Source: a virus (Duplodnaviria > Caudoviricetes). Taken from it: DNA of 64,000 nucleotides. A program made the position numbers and the translations under genes. Positions 36,708 to 46,351 of this stretch are shown in pieces. Positions within the stretch are counted from its first letter, which is position 1, and the number at the start of each line of letters is the position of its first letter. The notes beneath the pieces were generated by a model. The model saw only the letters and a list, made by a program, of their open reading frames with translations, did no database searches and had not been told where the DNA came from. The DNA lies in the IMG/VR virus record IMGVR_UViG_2918249483_000002, positions 20,715-84,714 of that record, one strand, 5' to 3'.

Positions 36708-36943
36708 GTCATGCCCGCCCGCCGGCATCCGCCGCGCGGGCTTTCTGCATTGGAGCTGCCGCTCATGATCCCGCCAGCGACCCCGTCAGCCCTACGGCAG
36801 GCGGTTTGGAGCAGCTCTCCGCGATCGGGCGCTCCAATGGGCGCTGGATGGCCTCTGTCTGCTGTGCCGCACAGGTGGCGCGGGCTTGGCCGGACCGCAT
36901 CAGGCGCGCGCCCTGGCGCCACCTGCGGCCCGGCCAGCCCTCC

Positions 36944-36982
36944 GGGTCCTTCCAGGGCCAAATGCCCGCGGGGTGGTTACCT
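36944..36982 (+). other. putative cos site (cosQ-like + cosN-like)
   Basis: GGGTCCT (identical to lambda cosQ), 20 nt, then GGGTGGTTACCT (9/12 to lambda GGGCGGCGACCT), ~180 bp upstream of terS. Confidence 0.65.
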
Positions 36983-37162
36983 AGCCATATTCGAACGTTT
37001 TTCGGCCTCGCGGTCAATGCAACCACCGAGTTGCGCAACCGAAAGCCACGTTAAGAACGTGCTGTAACGCTTTGTAACTAAATTATAAACCGCTGTTCAC
37101 CGAAATCCATCATGGTTGCGCGCTTCCGTCGAATCGGTTGCGCGCCGAGCAGGAGTTGCGCC

Positions 37163-37891
37163 ATGGCCAGACGTCGCCTTTTGACGAAAACCGAGTACGC
37201 GAAGCATTGCGGAGTGGACAAGGCCCAGCCCGGCCGCTGGGTCAAGCGGGGCATGCCGACTGCCGGTCCAAACGGGGACCTGATCGACCCTGAGGTCGCT
37301 GATACATGGCGAGCCGCGAACATCGACGCCAGCAAGCCGAAGGCTAAGGCGCACCAGATCGATCGGCTATCGTCCCCGCCACCAGATGTGAAGGCGGCGG
37401 CTGTGGCGCCGAGGCCCGCCAAGCCGGCCAGGGCGCCAGATCCCGCGGCTCTTGATGAGGCGGATTCACAGCCTGACGGTCTTTCGCTCGAAGGGGCTGT
37501 TATCCAGTTCGCCGACGGCACGAAGATAGACATCAAGAGCCTTCCGAACCTGAATGCGCTGAACCAGATCGACAAGTGGTATTCGGGCGAGCTGAAGCGG
37601 CGGGAAATCCTTGTTCACGATCGAGATCACCTGCCGAAGGCCGACCTCTATGCCGCGACGGATGCGCTGATCTCCATGTTCCGGGCTCGTGTGATGGGGC
37701 TCGGCCGGCGATGTGCACCGATGTTGGAGGGGCGCTCGTTGGCGGAGCGCGCCGAGGTCATTCAGGATGAGTGCCGGAAGGTGCTGGAGGACTTGGCGAA
37801 GAAGCTGGCTGACTCCGCTACGGGCGATGTGTCCGTTAACGAGGAGGCGGAGACCGAAGACGAGGGCTCGACCGAGAAAGAATCGGATTAG
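37163..37891 (+). CDS. terminase small subunit (Nu1-like)
   Basis: N-terminal wHTH LTKTEYAKHCGVDK..WVKRGMP..IDPEVADTW, helical C-terminus; AGGAG RBS; follows cos. Confidence 0.75.
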   Translation: MARRRLLTKTEYAKHCGVDKAQPGRWVKRGMPTAGPNGDLIDPEVADTWRAANIDASKPKAKAHQIDRLSSPPPDVKAAAVAPRPAKPARAPDPAALDEADSQPDGLSLEGAVIQFADGTKIDIKSLPNLNALNQIDKWYSGELKRREILVHDRDHLPKADLYAATDALISMFRARVMGLGRRCAPMLEGRSLAERAEVIQDECRKVLEDLAKKLADSATGDVSVNEEAETEDEGSTEKESD

Positions 37892-38082
37892 CTCTTACCC
37901 TTGCCGCCGTGTTCGCCCGAGCTGTTGCCTGTGGAGTTGTCCCTGCCAGCCACTAGGCGGCGAACGGCTTCCCGGATCGCTTCCGATCGGGACCAAATTC
38001 GCTGTTCAGCACGCCAATCATCCAAGGCAGCCAGCTCGGACTCTGACATGACGAGTTGGATTCGCACGTCCTTCTTCTCCAT
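37888..38082 (-). CDS. CopG/RHH family regulator
   Basis: RIQLVMSESELAALDDWR..SRSEAIR..V. Confidence 0.8.
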   Translation of the reverse strand: MEKKDVRIQLVMSESELAALDDWRAEQRIWSRSEAIREAVRRLVAGRDNSTGNSSGEHGGKGKS

Positions 38083-38219
38083 ACGGACAGCCTTACTCAA
38101 GGGTCTGAAGGAACGCAACAGCGTCCGCTCCCACAACTTGAGTGCATTAAGCGAAGATGTCAACTTGCGTAAGTTACACAACTCGCTTAGGGTTGAGCCT
38201 CGGTACTGAGGGAATCGCC

Positions 38220-39140
38220 ATGGCCGAAAATTCCGCCATAGAATGGACCCACGCAACTTTCAATCCCTGGCTGGGCTGCACGAAGCTGTCGGCGGCCTGC
38301 GACAACTGCTACGCCGAACCGCTGGTGGTCTGCCGGCTGGGTGGGGCTTGGGGATCGGGCGCGCCGCGCCGCCGGACTGCCGCCAGCACCTGGAAGGCGC
38401 CGCTCTCCTGGGACCGCAAGGCCGCCAAGGAAGGCCGCCGGATGCGGGTGTTCTGCGCCAGCCTCGCCGATGTGTTCGACGCCGAGGTGCCGGACGCGTG
38501 GCGCGACGATCTGTTCGGCCTGATCTGCTCCACCCCGCATCTGGACTGGCTGCTGCTGACCAAGCGCCCGGCCGTGGCCCGGAAGTATCTCGGCGATCAA
38601 GACCGCATTGGCGCGGCATGGTGCGACGCAACCCACAAGGTGCTGGGCGGTGCCGATCCCGGTCCTGCGCCTCAGTGGCCGCTGCCCAACGTCTGGCTCG
38701 GTACCACCGTTGAAGACCAGAAGATGGCCGACCTGCGCATCCCGCTGCTGCTGGAGACGCCAGCCGCCGTGCGGTTCCTGTCGATGGAGCCGTTGCTCGG
38801 GCCGGTCAGCATCCCCGGCCTGTACCCGGTCGGCGAAGATGGGATCGTCACGACGCCCGCCCTGGATTGGGTCATTGCCGGCGGCGAAAGCGGCCCCGGC
38901 GCACGGCCCACGCACCCGGACTGGTTTCGGTCGGTTCGCGATCAGTGCGCGGAAGCGGGCGTGCCGTTCCTGTTTAAGCAGCACGGGGACTGGGTTTCGT
39001 CGGCAGAGATCGGCTTTGCCGGACACGAGCATAGACCCGCCATAACGATGGCTCCCTACGAGATGATGCGCGTCGGCAAGAAGGCCGCCGGCCGCCACCT
39101 CGACGGCGTGCTGCACGACAGCTATCCGGTGGTGGGTTGA
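38220..39140 (+). CDS. DUF5131 (Gp37/Gp68) family protein
   Basis: MAENSAIEWT..NPW.GC.K.S..CDNCYA, FCASLADVF, LLLTKRP, RFLSMEPLL, DWVI.GGESG..ARP, FLFKQ.G. Confidence 0.92.
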   Translation: MAENSAIEWTHATFNPWLGCTKLSAACDNCYAEPLVVCRLGGAWGSGAPRRRTAASTWKAPLSWDRKAAKEGRRMRVFCASLADVFDAEVPDAWRDDLFGLICSTPHLDWLLLTKRPAVARKYLGDQDRIGAAWCDATHKVLGGADPGPAPQWPLPNVWLGTTVEDQKMADLRIPLLLETPAAVRFLSMEPLLGPVSIPGLYPVGEDGIVTTPALDWVIAGGESGPGARPTHPDWFRSVRDQCAEAGVPFLFKQHGDWVSSAEIGFAGHEHRPAITMAPYEMMRVGKKAAGRHLDGVLHDSYPVVG

Positions 39141-39143
39141 GCT

Positions 39144-39623
39144 ATGGACGAGAAGAAGCGCAGGCTCGCGCTCCAAGCCAACAAACTGTGCAAGGAGGGG
39201 CTGAAGGGGAAAGCCATCGGCGAGAAGCTGAAGGTCACCACCGACGAGGCGAACACGCTGGCGCGCATCGGCAGGGATCTTGCCGATATCGATGAGGCGG
39301 CGCTGACTGCGTCGGAGGTGCTGCTGATCCGCAGCATCGCGACGGTGACCCTCCGCCTGCGTGCTCAGGATGTCATCCGCACCCCGAAGAGTTGGGAGGT
39401 TGCTGCTGTCGCCCACAAGAGTGAGTCCTGGGTCGGGGCGACGAGCAGGAAGCGACTTCGCCTGCCCTGCCATCATCTCGTCAATCAGCCTGGCCAGCCG
39501 CTCGGATTGGTGAACTTCACCACCAATGGCTTTGTCGGGCTGACGCCGCTCGGCTGGGCTTTCGTTCAGGCTATTGAAGCGGCTGAAGCTGCGAATGAGC
39601 AGCTGAAGGTGTCGCATGACTGA
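39144..39623 (+). CDS. hypothetical protein
   Basis: 159 aa, in operon. Confidence 0.6.
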   Translation: MDEKKRRLALQANKLCKEGLKGKAIGEKLKVTTDEANTLARIGRDLADIDEAALTASEVLLIRSIATVTLRLRAQDVIRTPKSWEVAAVAHKSESWVGATSRKRLRLPCHHLVNQPGQPLGLVNFTTNGFVGLTPLGWAFVQAIEAAEAANEQLKVSHD

Positions 39624-39864
39624 CATCAACGCCGATGTCATCGGTCGGGACGATCTCACCGACGCGATTTTCCACATCACCACCCCTGCCGGCCTGCTGC
39701 TGGTCAATGGGTGCGTCTACCGCGATTTCGGTCTCCACCCGCACCGCTGCGCCATCGTTCTCACGCATCTCCCCACCGGCGAAGCGCTGGGGACCTTTGG
39801 GGACATCGCTGACGCCTATGTCGCCATGGGCGATGCCAGCCGCTGCGGATGGGGACGAGCGTGA
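39616..39864 (+). CDS. hypothetical protein
   Basis: 82 aa, overlapping upstream stop. Confidence 0.5.
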   Translation: MTDINADVIGRDDLTDAIFHITTPAGLLLVNGCVYRDFGLHPHRCAIVLTHLPTGEALGTFGDIADAYVAMGDASRCGWGRA

Positions 39865-39901
39865 CCCCTGACAACTCGACAATCAAGGAAAGGACGACAT
39901 C

Positions 39902-40792
39902 ATGCGAATGAAGCGATTCCTCGTGTCCGCCCTGCTGGCGCTTGCCGCCATTGGCGCGGCTGTGCCGGCGGCGGGCGCTGCTGACCTGCCGGAACTCCGG
40001 ATCTGCACCGGCTCGAACAAGGGCAACTACTTCTACGCCGGCTCGGAAATCGCCCGTCAGGCGAAGGGCTCGCTGGCGGTGCAGGTGGTGGAGACCGCCG
40101 GCAGCATCGACAATCTGCGCCAGCTCGACGACGGCAAATGCGATGCCGCGCTTGTCCAGTCCGATGCCTACGGCGTCTACAAGGACCGAAACCCGTCCTC
40201 CGCTCTGGCGCTGGTCCGCATCGGCTCGCTGTACCGCGAGTTCGCGCATCTCCTGTGCAACAAGGCCTCTGGCATCGATTCGGTGAAGGATCTGCGCAGC
40301 AGCAAGGTGAAGCTGCTCACCGGCGATGCCGGATCCGGTTCCGAGGTCACCTGGGCGACCTGGGTGAAGATGGACAAGGACTACACCAAGGCGGCAACCG
40401 ACCGCGTCGGCGGAACGCAAGCCGTTCTGCGCATCCGTGACGGCGCCGAGGCCCAATGCGCCCTGTTCATCAACGGCCTGAACTCGCCCCTGATGCGGCA
40501 GGTCAACGACCAGGCCGGCGACCGAGTGAAGCTCGTGGCGGTAAAGGATGGCGACTTCGCATCGGTCAAGGATCCGGGCGGAAACACGGTCTATACGAAG
40601 GAGGACATCCCCGGCGGCGCCTATAAGAATCTACAGTCCGGTTTCTTCTCGTCGGCGGTCCCCACGCTCGCGGTCGATGCCCTGGTGGTGCTGCGGTCCG
40701 ACTGGGCGGAACGGAACAAGCGTGGCCTCGACGAGCTGTCGGACGCCGTGCTGCGGGCCTCGCCGAGTATCCGCCAGAAGGTCGGCGGCTGA
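39902..40792 (+). CDS. TAXI-family TRAP solute-binding protein (stand-alone)
   Basis: Signal peptide; TGS..GNY..G, ETAGSIDNL..L..G..D.ALVQSD, LYRE..HL, G..GSGS. Confidence 0.85.
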   Translation: MRMKRFLVSALLALAAIGAAVPAAGAADLPELRICTGSNKGNYFYAGSEIARQAKGSLAVQVVETAGSIDNLRQLDDGKCDAALVQSDAYGVYKDRNPSSALALVRIGSLYREFAHLLCNKASGIDSVKDLRSSKVKLLTGDAGSGSEVTWATWVKMDKDYTKAATDRVGGTQAVLRIRDGAEAQCALFINGLNSPLMRQVNDQAGDRVKLVAVKDGDFASVKDPGGNTVYTKEDIPGGAYKNLQSGFFSSAVPTLAVDALVVLRSDWAERNKRGLDELSDAVLRASPSIRQKVGG

Positions 40793-40950
40793 TGAGGCGA
40801 GCCCTTCGTCTGGCGGGCGCGTTCATGGCCGCTGCGGTGATCGTCGTCGGTGATCTGACGTCCGGTCGGCTCATGTCGGCGATCGTCGATGCCAGCCTTC
40901 TGGCTTGCGTCTTCGTCCTGCTGGTGCCGATGGCGCTGAAGCCGGCCTGA
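40792..40950 (+). CDS. 52-aa two-TM small protein
   Basis: Not in track; TGATG-coupled to TAXI gene; MRRALRLAGAFMAAAVIVVG..LLACVFVLLVPMALKPA*. Confidence 0.5.
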   Translation: MRRALRLAGAFMAAAVIVVGDLTSGRLMSAIVDASLLACVFVLLVPMALKPA

Positions 40951-41057
40951 CGAGTCGATGCTGGGCCCGGAGCGCACCCCTCCGGGCCGGCATGGCAAAA
41001 CCGACCACGCGAGCCGGTTTTGCCATGCTGAACAACTTTCTCCGATAGAGGTCGCAC

Positions 41058-41867
41058 ATGACCCGACTGAAGAACCTCCCCGGCGTCAAAACCAACAACC
41101 TGTTCGCTGTCCCGCCAGCCATGCTGGTCGAGGACGAGGGCTTCAACATTCGTCTGCGGAATGACGAATACGAGCTGACGATCGAGGAGTACACCGCCCT
41201 TTTCCTCGCTGGTCATCGTCCGCCACCGCTCATTATCTGGAAGCGCGACGACGATCTTGTGCTGATCGATGGGCACCTCCGCCGACGTGCTGCGCTGCGC
41301 GCCATCGAGCGTGGCGCGCCAGCCGACATGACGGTCGACATTGTCCATTTCACCGGCAATGACGCCGATCGGGAAGCCCTGATGCTCCGCTCCGGGCTGA
41401 AGCGCGGCTGGCGACCCGAGGAGCTCGCAGCGGGCTACAAGCGCCTGATGGGCTACTGGAGCGACGTGAAGCGCGTCGCCGAAGCGGTCGGTAAATCCGA
41501 GAGCCATGTGCGGGACATCCTGACTCTCGCGACTGCCGACACGGCGGTCCAGGACATGGTGAAGGCGGGCGGCGTCACCGCGTCGGCGGCGATCAAGGTG
41601 GTCCGAAAGGAGGGCCACAAGGCCGCCGCGGTGTTGAAGGAAGCGTCGGATCGCGTGAAAGCGGCCGGGGGAACCAAGGTGACGAACAAGCACCTGTCCT
41701 CGGCGCAGGGGCTGGATGCGCGCACGCTCCGTCCGCTGCTTCTGAAGCTGGCCGAGGAGGTGAAGGGGCAGGTCGACCCCGACAGCCAAGCCGATTTCAG
41801 TGAGACGCAATTCTCCGTTGCTGGATCGACGCTCCAGCCGATTTTCGAACTGCTCGGGGAGAGGTGA
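41058..41867 (+). CDS. ParB/Srx-like protein
   Basis: GFNIR, PPL..LIDGHLRR.A, HTH VAEAVGKSESHV. Confidence 0.75.
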   Translation: MTRLKNLPGVKTNNLFAVPPAMLVEDEGFNIRLRNDEYELTIEEYTALFLAGHRPPPLIIWKRDDDLVLIDGHLRRRAALRAIERGAPADMTVDIVHFTGNDADREALMLRSGLKRGWRPEELAAGYKRLMGYWSDVKRVAEAVGKSESHVRDILTLATADTAVQDMVKAGGVTASAAIKVVRKEGHKAAAVLKEASDRVKAAGGTKVTNKHLSSAQGLDARTLRPLLLKLAEEVKGQVDPDSQADFSETQFSVAGSTLQPIFELLGER

Positions 41868-41870
41868 GCT

Positions 41871-42137
41871 ATGGGTTGGGGATACGGCACCAACAGCGAA
41901 GGTCGGGAGGTCGGTTACACCGTCGAGGCGACGTGTGACTTCCCCGGCTGCGAAGCGAAGATCGACCGCGGCCTGGGCTACGCCTGCGGCGGCATGCACG
42001 ACCGCTCCGATGATCCAGGCGACGGTCCGCGTTGTGGCGGCTACTTCTGCGCGGAGCACCGCTACACCCACACGCGCGGGCCCGACGGCGACGCGTGCCG
42101 TGCGAATGATGACGCAGAGGAGGATGAGGCGGAATGA
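41871..42137 (+). CDS. Cys/His-rich small protein
   Basis: GREVGY.V.A.CD.PGC..IDRGL.Y.CG..CGGYFC..H. Confidence 0.7.
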   Translation: MGWGYGTNSEGREVGYTVEATCDFPGCEAKIDRGLGYACGGMHDRSDDPGDGPRCGGYFCAEHRYTHTRGPDGDACRANDDAEEDEAE

Positions 42138-42622
42138 GCGCGGATTCCATGTTCCCTATCCTCTATGCGGGCCGCCGTCCCGCTGACGTCCCGAAGGGAA
42201 TTCCTTGGCGGATCGTCAGCGCTCACGAGAAGCAGGCAGTGGCCAACCACAGCCAGACGCTGGAACGGCTTGCTCATCGTGGTGGCCTGTGCCCGACCGA
42301 GCTGGTTGCCGTCCTTGAAGATCGACCATGGCGCCGGATGGATCTGGAAGTTGCGATTAAGCAGATACAGAACCTCTGCTTGGCCTTCGAGGCGGGCAGG
42401 GGAGACGCGCGCCACCTTGAAGTCCTCCGCATGATCGCGCTGCGCTATGGGCCAACCATCGGCCTCGACGACTGCATCGCCCTGGCGGCTGAGGTTCTCG
42501 CTGATCGGGGCGAGCTGCTGATGGTCTGCGGGCGTCCGCCGCTTGGTTTGGATGCGGCCATGAAGCTTGACCCAATCGCCGCTCGACAAGGGCGCATTCC
42601 AGCCATGGAGGCAACGTCATGA
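42134..42622 (+). CDS. hypothetical protein
   Basis: IPW..HE.QA..NHSQTLERLA.RGGL motif; coupled. Confidence 0.65.
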   Translation: MSADSMFPILYAGRRPADVPKGIPWRIVSAHEKQAVANHSQTLERLAHRGGLCPTELVAVLEDRPWRRMDLEVAIKQIQNLCLAFEAGRGDARHLEVLRMIALRYGPTIGLDDCIALAAEVLADRGELLMVCGRPPLGLDAAMKLDPIAARQGRIPAMEATS

Positions 42623-43116
42623 CCACCCGTCACATCTTCATTTCCGGCCCGGCACAATCTGGGCGAACGACCGCGGCGATTGCCATGGCGAACGCCATGC
42701 ATGACCAAGGAATCTGCACCACGTTCGTTTCGCCATGCCCGATGATGGCTGACTTTCTCCGATCGTCAGCACGCCGGCCGCGCTGCCGCATCACGCACGC
42801 ATCGCCTAATGCTCTGCCGGCCATTCCGGCTGGATGCTTCGTCGTGGACGATGCCGAGCGCCTCGAAGCGCCGGGCGACATCGTCCGGGTTCTGATTCAT
42901 CGTCAGATGACCTACCGCCTTCCCGTCATCGTTTGGGCGGTGCGGCAGGATGCGCTGGATAGGTTTCAGGAACTCATTGCCGAGGTTGACCCCGAGGGAT
43001 TCGGCGTGGATGAGCGGCGGTTGGAGCAGGCGTTGGCGGCAATCGCGTCGCGAGACTTCTCCGCCCTGACATATCAGGATCTCCAGCTGACGGGGAGTGC
43101 GGCGAGTGATTCCTGA
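42619..43116 (+). CDS. P-loop-like hypothetical protein
   Basis: ISGPAQSGRTT (degenerate Walker A), FVVDDAE (Walker B-like). Confidence 0.55.
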   Translation: MTTRHIFISGPAQSGRTTAAIAMANAMHDQGICTTFVSPCPMMADFLRSSARRPRCRITHASPNALPAIPAGCFVVDDAERLEAPGDIVRVLIHRQMTYRLPVIVWAVRQDALDRFQELIAEVDPEGFGVDERRLEQALAAIASRDFSALTYQDLQLTGSAASDS

Positions 43117-43540
43117 AGCAACGCGGTCGGTCTCCGATGCGGCGGTTCAATCGCTTGCCGCAGACCACATCATCGACACATCAAGGGGCTGTGATCTCCG
43201 CAATGGACCGGACTCCAACTTGGCGGTTCAGTGGAGCAATTTCCGAGTGCGCATCTCGGGATGCGGGGTGAAGCGCTCAAAGAGACGCCTCACCCTCATG
43301 TCGGCGCTCGCAACGGGCTGGCTGCCTTGGGGTGTTCGGTGGAATGAGAAGGACGGCTTTTCCCACCTCCCGCTTTGCGGCCGGGAGTATGTTTTATGCT
43401 GCGGCCATGCCCTGAAAGCGAAGGAGGCTCAAGCCTTTGTTGATGCCGGACTGTTGATGGCTGGGCCACCCGATACCCACCGCCGCCCGACGTTGATCAT
43501 AACGACCGCCGGCAGGGAATGGCTGTCGCTGAACTGGTAG
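43109..43540 (+). CDS. hypothetical protein
   Basis: ORF filling the gap before terL; C-terminal wHTH-like ITTAGREWL. Confidence 0.45.
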   Translation: MPEATRSVSDAAVQSLAADHIIDTSRGCDLRNGPDSNLAVQWSNFRVRISGCGVKRSKRRLTLMSALATGWLPWGVRWNEKDGFSHLPLCGREYVLCCGHALKAKEAQAFVDAGLLMAGPPDTHRRPTLIITTAGREWLSLNW

Positions 43541-43551
43541 TTCTCACCGGC

Positions 43552-45591
43552 ATGAACCAGATCACACAGCCTGCCCAGGAACTCCTGTCTCGCTGGGCCG
43601 GGCTGCTGCGCCCGCCGCCCAAGCGCTTCACCGACGAGTGGGCGGTCGATAGCGTCGAACTCCCGCCGACCTCGGGCATTCCCGGCCCCTACGACCCCTC
43701 GCACACGCCCTACGTGGTCCCGATCATGCGCGCCTTCGACGAGCCGCGCTGGAAGATGATCGTCGTCGTCATGGGCTCGCAGATGGGCAAGACGCTGGCC
43801 TTCGCCATCGTGATCGGGCGTCGCATGGATGATGATCCGGTGCCCTGCATGTATGTCGGCCCGGACCGCAACTTCGTCGAGGACACCTTCGAGCCGCAGC
43901 TCATCCAGCTGATCAAGTCATCCAAGAGCCTGACGAAGAAGACGATCTGGGGCAAGGCCAACAAGAAGGTCCGGAAGATCATCAACGGTGCGGTGCTGCG
44001 CCTGGCCTGGGCCGGATCGGCCTCGCAGCTCGCCGGTCAGCCCGCCGGCCTGGTGCTGGTCGACGAGCGCGACCGCATGGGCGACGACGTGAAGGACGAA
44101 GGTGATCCGGTCACCCTCGGCGATGCCCGCCTGAACTCCTACGCCAACGGCAAGCTGGGTGTTATCTCCACGCCGCTCGAAGGGTCGGTCGAAACAGAGG
44201 AGCATCCCGAGACCGGGATCGTCCATTGGAAGGTGGTGGATCCGGATGATCTGACCAGCCCAACCTGGAAACTGTGGCAGGAGGGAACCCGGTTCGAGTG
44301 GGCTTGGCCGTGCCCTTACTGCAAGGAATACTTCATCCCGCGGCTGAGCCTGCTGAAGTGGGCGAAGCCGAAGGACGGACGCAAGGTCACGCCGGCCGAG
44401 GCGCAGCGGTCCGCCCATCTGAGCTGCCCCAATCCGGAATGCGAGTGCAACACCGACGGCTTGGTGATTGAGGACAAGCACAAGGCTTGGATGAACAAGC
44501 GCGCGCGCTACATCGCCCCAGGCCAGCAGGTGCTGCCGGACGGCACCGTGGTCGGTGATCTGCCGGACACCGACATCGCCACCTTCTGGGTGTCAGGCCT
44601 CGCCTCGCCCTTCGTCAGCTGGGGCGACCGGGCCAAGAAGTTGGTCGCCGCCTACCGGTCGAAGAACCAGAAATCCATCAAAGCCGTCATCAACACCGGT
44701 TTCGGCGAGCTCTATCGGCACTCTGGCGCTGCACCGAAACATGACGTCGTGCTGGCCAGGAGGCTGCCCTACGCCATGGGCGAGGTGCCTTACGGCGTGC
44801 AGAAGATCGCGATGACCGTCGACGTCCAGAAAGACCGGCTTTACGTCGTCCACCGGGGCTGGGGAGCGCGCTGGGAATCATGGCTGATCAAGGCGACGGT
44901 CCTGTTCGGCGAGACTGACCAAGATGCGGTCTGGAACGATCTGGCTGACCTGCTGGAGGCCGACTTCCAGGGCTTCAACGTCTCCCTCTGCCTCATCGAC
45001 TACGGTTACCGGCCGGGCGACAAGGAGAAGCGACCGACCCACGCTGTAGCCGATTTCTGCCGGCGGTTCGGTTTCCATCGCGCCCGCCCGATCCAGGGCA
45101 AGGACCAGCTCACTCGACCGATCATGTCGTTCAAGCTCGACGTCGACGGCCGGGGGCGAACCCGCAGCTACGGTGTTCAGGGGCACCACCTCGATTCCGA
45201 CGTGTTCAAGACCTGGGTGCATGGTCGGTTGGAATGGCCAGCGGACCAGCCGGGCGGCTGGCACCTGCCGGAGGACATTGATGAGGATTACGCCCGCCAA
45301 GTGGTTGCCGAAAGCCGCATGGCGCTCCCCTCGGGCAAGGGGAAATGGGTGCCACATTCGAAGGACAACCATTATCTCGATTGCGAGATGATGCAGCGGG
45401 CAGCGGCAGAACTGATGGGCGTCGGGACAATGAAGCCATTACCGGAGCAGTGCCAGGAGTCTGATCCTGAAGACGGGGATGGCAAGGGGCGATTGCAGCT
45501 TGCTGGAAATCGGGGGGGGCAGGAGGAGGCGGCGTCAGTACGAAAGAATGAGTGGCTTGGGGGCGCACGCAAGGACTGGTTACGACGGTAG
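43552..45591 (+). CDS. terminase large subunit, lambda GpA family
   Basis: TPY, GSQMGKT, LVDERDR..EGDP, ISTP, CPYC/CPNPEC, TVDVQ, NHYLDC. Confidence 0.95.
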   Translation: MNQITQPAQELLSRWAGLLRPPPKRFTDEWAVDSVELPPTSGIPGPYDPSHTPYVVPIMRAFDEPRWKMIVVVMGSQMGKTLAFAIVIGRRMDDDPVPCMYVGPDRNFVEDTFEPQLIQLIKSSKSLTKKTIWGKANKKVRKIINGAVLRLAWAGSASQLAGQPAGLVLVDERDRMGDDVKDEGDPVTLGDARLNSYANGKLGVISTPLEGSVETEEHPETGIVHWKVVDPDDLTSPTWKLWQEGTRFEWAWPCPYCKEYFIPRLSLLKWAKPKDGRKVTPAEAQRSAHLSCPNPECECNTDGLVIEDKHKAWMNKRARYIAPGQQVLPDGTVVGDLPDTDIATFWVSGLASPFVSWGDRAKKLVAAYRSKNQKSIKAVINTGFGELYRHSGAAPKHDVVLARRLPYAMGEVPYGVQKIAMTVDVQKDRLYVVHRGWGARWESWLIKATVLFGETDQDAVWNDLADLLEADFQGFNVSLCLIDYGYRPGDKEKRPTHAVADFCRRFGFHRARPIQGKDQLTRPIMSFKLDVDGRGRTRSYGVQGHHLDSDVFKTWVHGRLEWPADQPGGWHLPEDIDEDYARQVVAESRMALPSGKGKWVPHSKDNHYLDCEMMQRAAAELMGVGTMKPLPEQCQESDPEDGDGKGRLQLAGNRGGQEEAASVRKNEWLGGARKDWLRR

Positions 45592-45726
45592 GCGGAATTT
45601 TTCCGGCACCACTACATATCAGTATATGCATAAAATTATAATGGATGTCGCACCAATTTTTGCTCAATATCCACACACCAACCAGGGACACTCTGCTAAA
45701 CGGGGTCCATCGCAACATGCTTGGGG

Positions 45727-45942
45727 ATGCAAATGCAGCCGGCTGTGTTGTCAAGAGTCCTCGGTCCCATTGCGACGGCCGCAGCGGGAGCCGCTTCCAC
45801 TATCACCATAAGCGCCGGTTCGACCGTGATCACCATTACGGGTGCTGCGGCCACATGGGCAGCCGTCGCGACTGGCGTCGGCGCTGTCGCGGTCGGAACC
45901 GTCGCCTTGTGCATTTGGGCGAAGAAAATGAGCAAGGACTGA
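45727..45942 (+). CDS. small hydrophobic Ala/Thr/Gly-rich peptide (moron)
   Basis: Preceded by AT-rich promoter-like DNA and followed by hairpin 46044-46073; basic C-terminus WAKKMSKD. Confidence 0.45.
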   Translation: MQMQPAVLSRVLGPIATAAAGAASTITISAGSTVITITGAAATWAAVATGVGAVAVGTVALCIWAKKMSKD

Positions 45943-46126
45943 ACCTGATCACCGATGGCTGGCACTGTCACGCGCGTTTCGTCTTGCCCAGCTAAGATCA
46001 AGGTGGTACATAGGTTATGGTGGCTGTAATTGGCCGCTGAGCGAAGGCCGCTTCCGCAAGGATCGCGGCCTTCGTCGTTTTCAGGCGATCCGAAATCGCC
46101 GCTCTTCTCGAAAAGCGAGGCCATCC

Positions 46127-46345
46127 ATGGCCCTGTCTCAAGCCTTCCTGGACAAGCTCGTTCAGGCGTGGGCCACCGGTGCGCGCCGTGTCGAGTACAA
46201 CGGCGTGGTCACGGAGTTCATCAGCGGCACGGACCTGGAGCACCGCATCGCCACGACGGCGAATGCGCTCGGCGTCCCGAACCCGCTGGCCGCCGCTAGC
46301 CGGGCAGCGCGCGCTCCATCCATCCTCCTGCAGTTTCGCCGGTAG
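46127..46345 (+). CDS. gpW-like head-tail joining protein
   Basis: LDKL..A.ATGARRVEY.G..EF.S..L; between terL and portal. Confidence 0.8.
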   Translation: MALSQAFLDKLVQAWATGARRVEYNGVVTEFISGTDLEHRIATTANALGVPNPLAAASRAARAPSILLQFRR

Positions 46346-46351
46346 GCAGCC

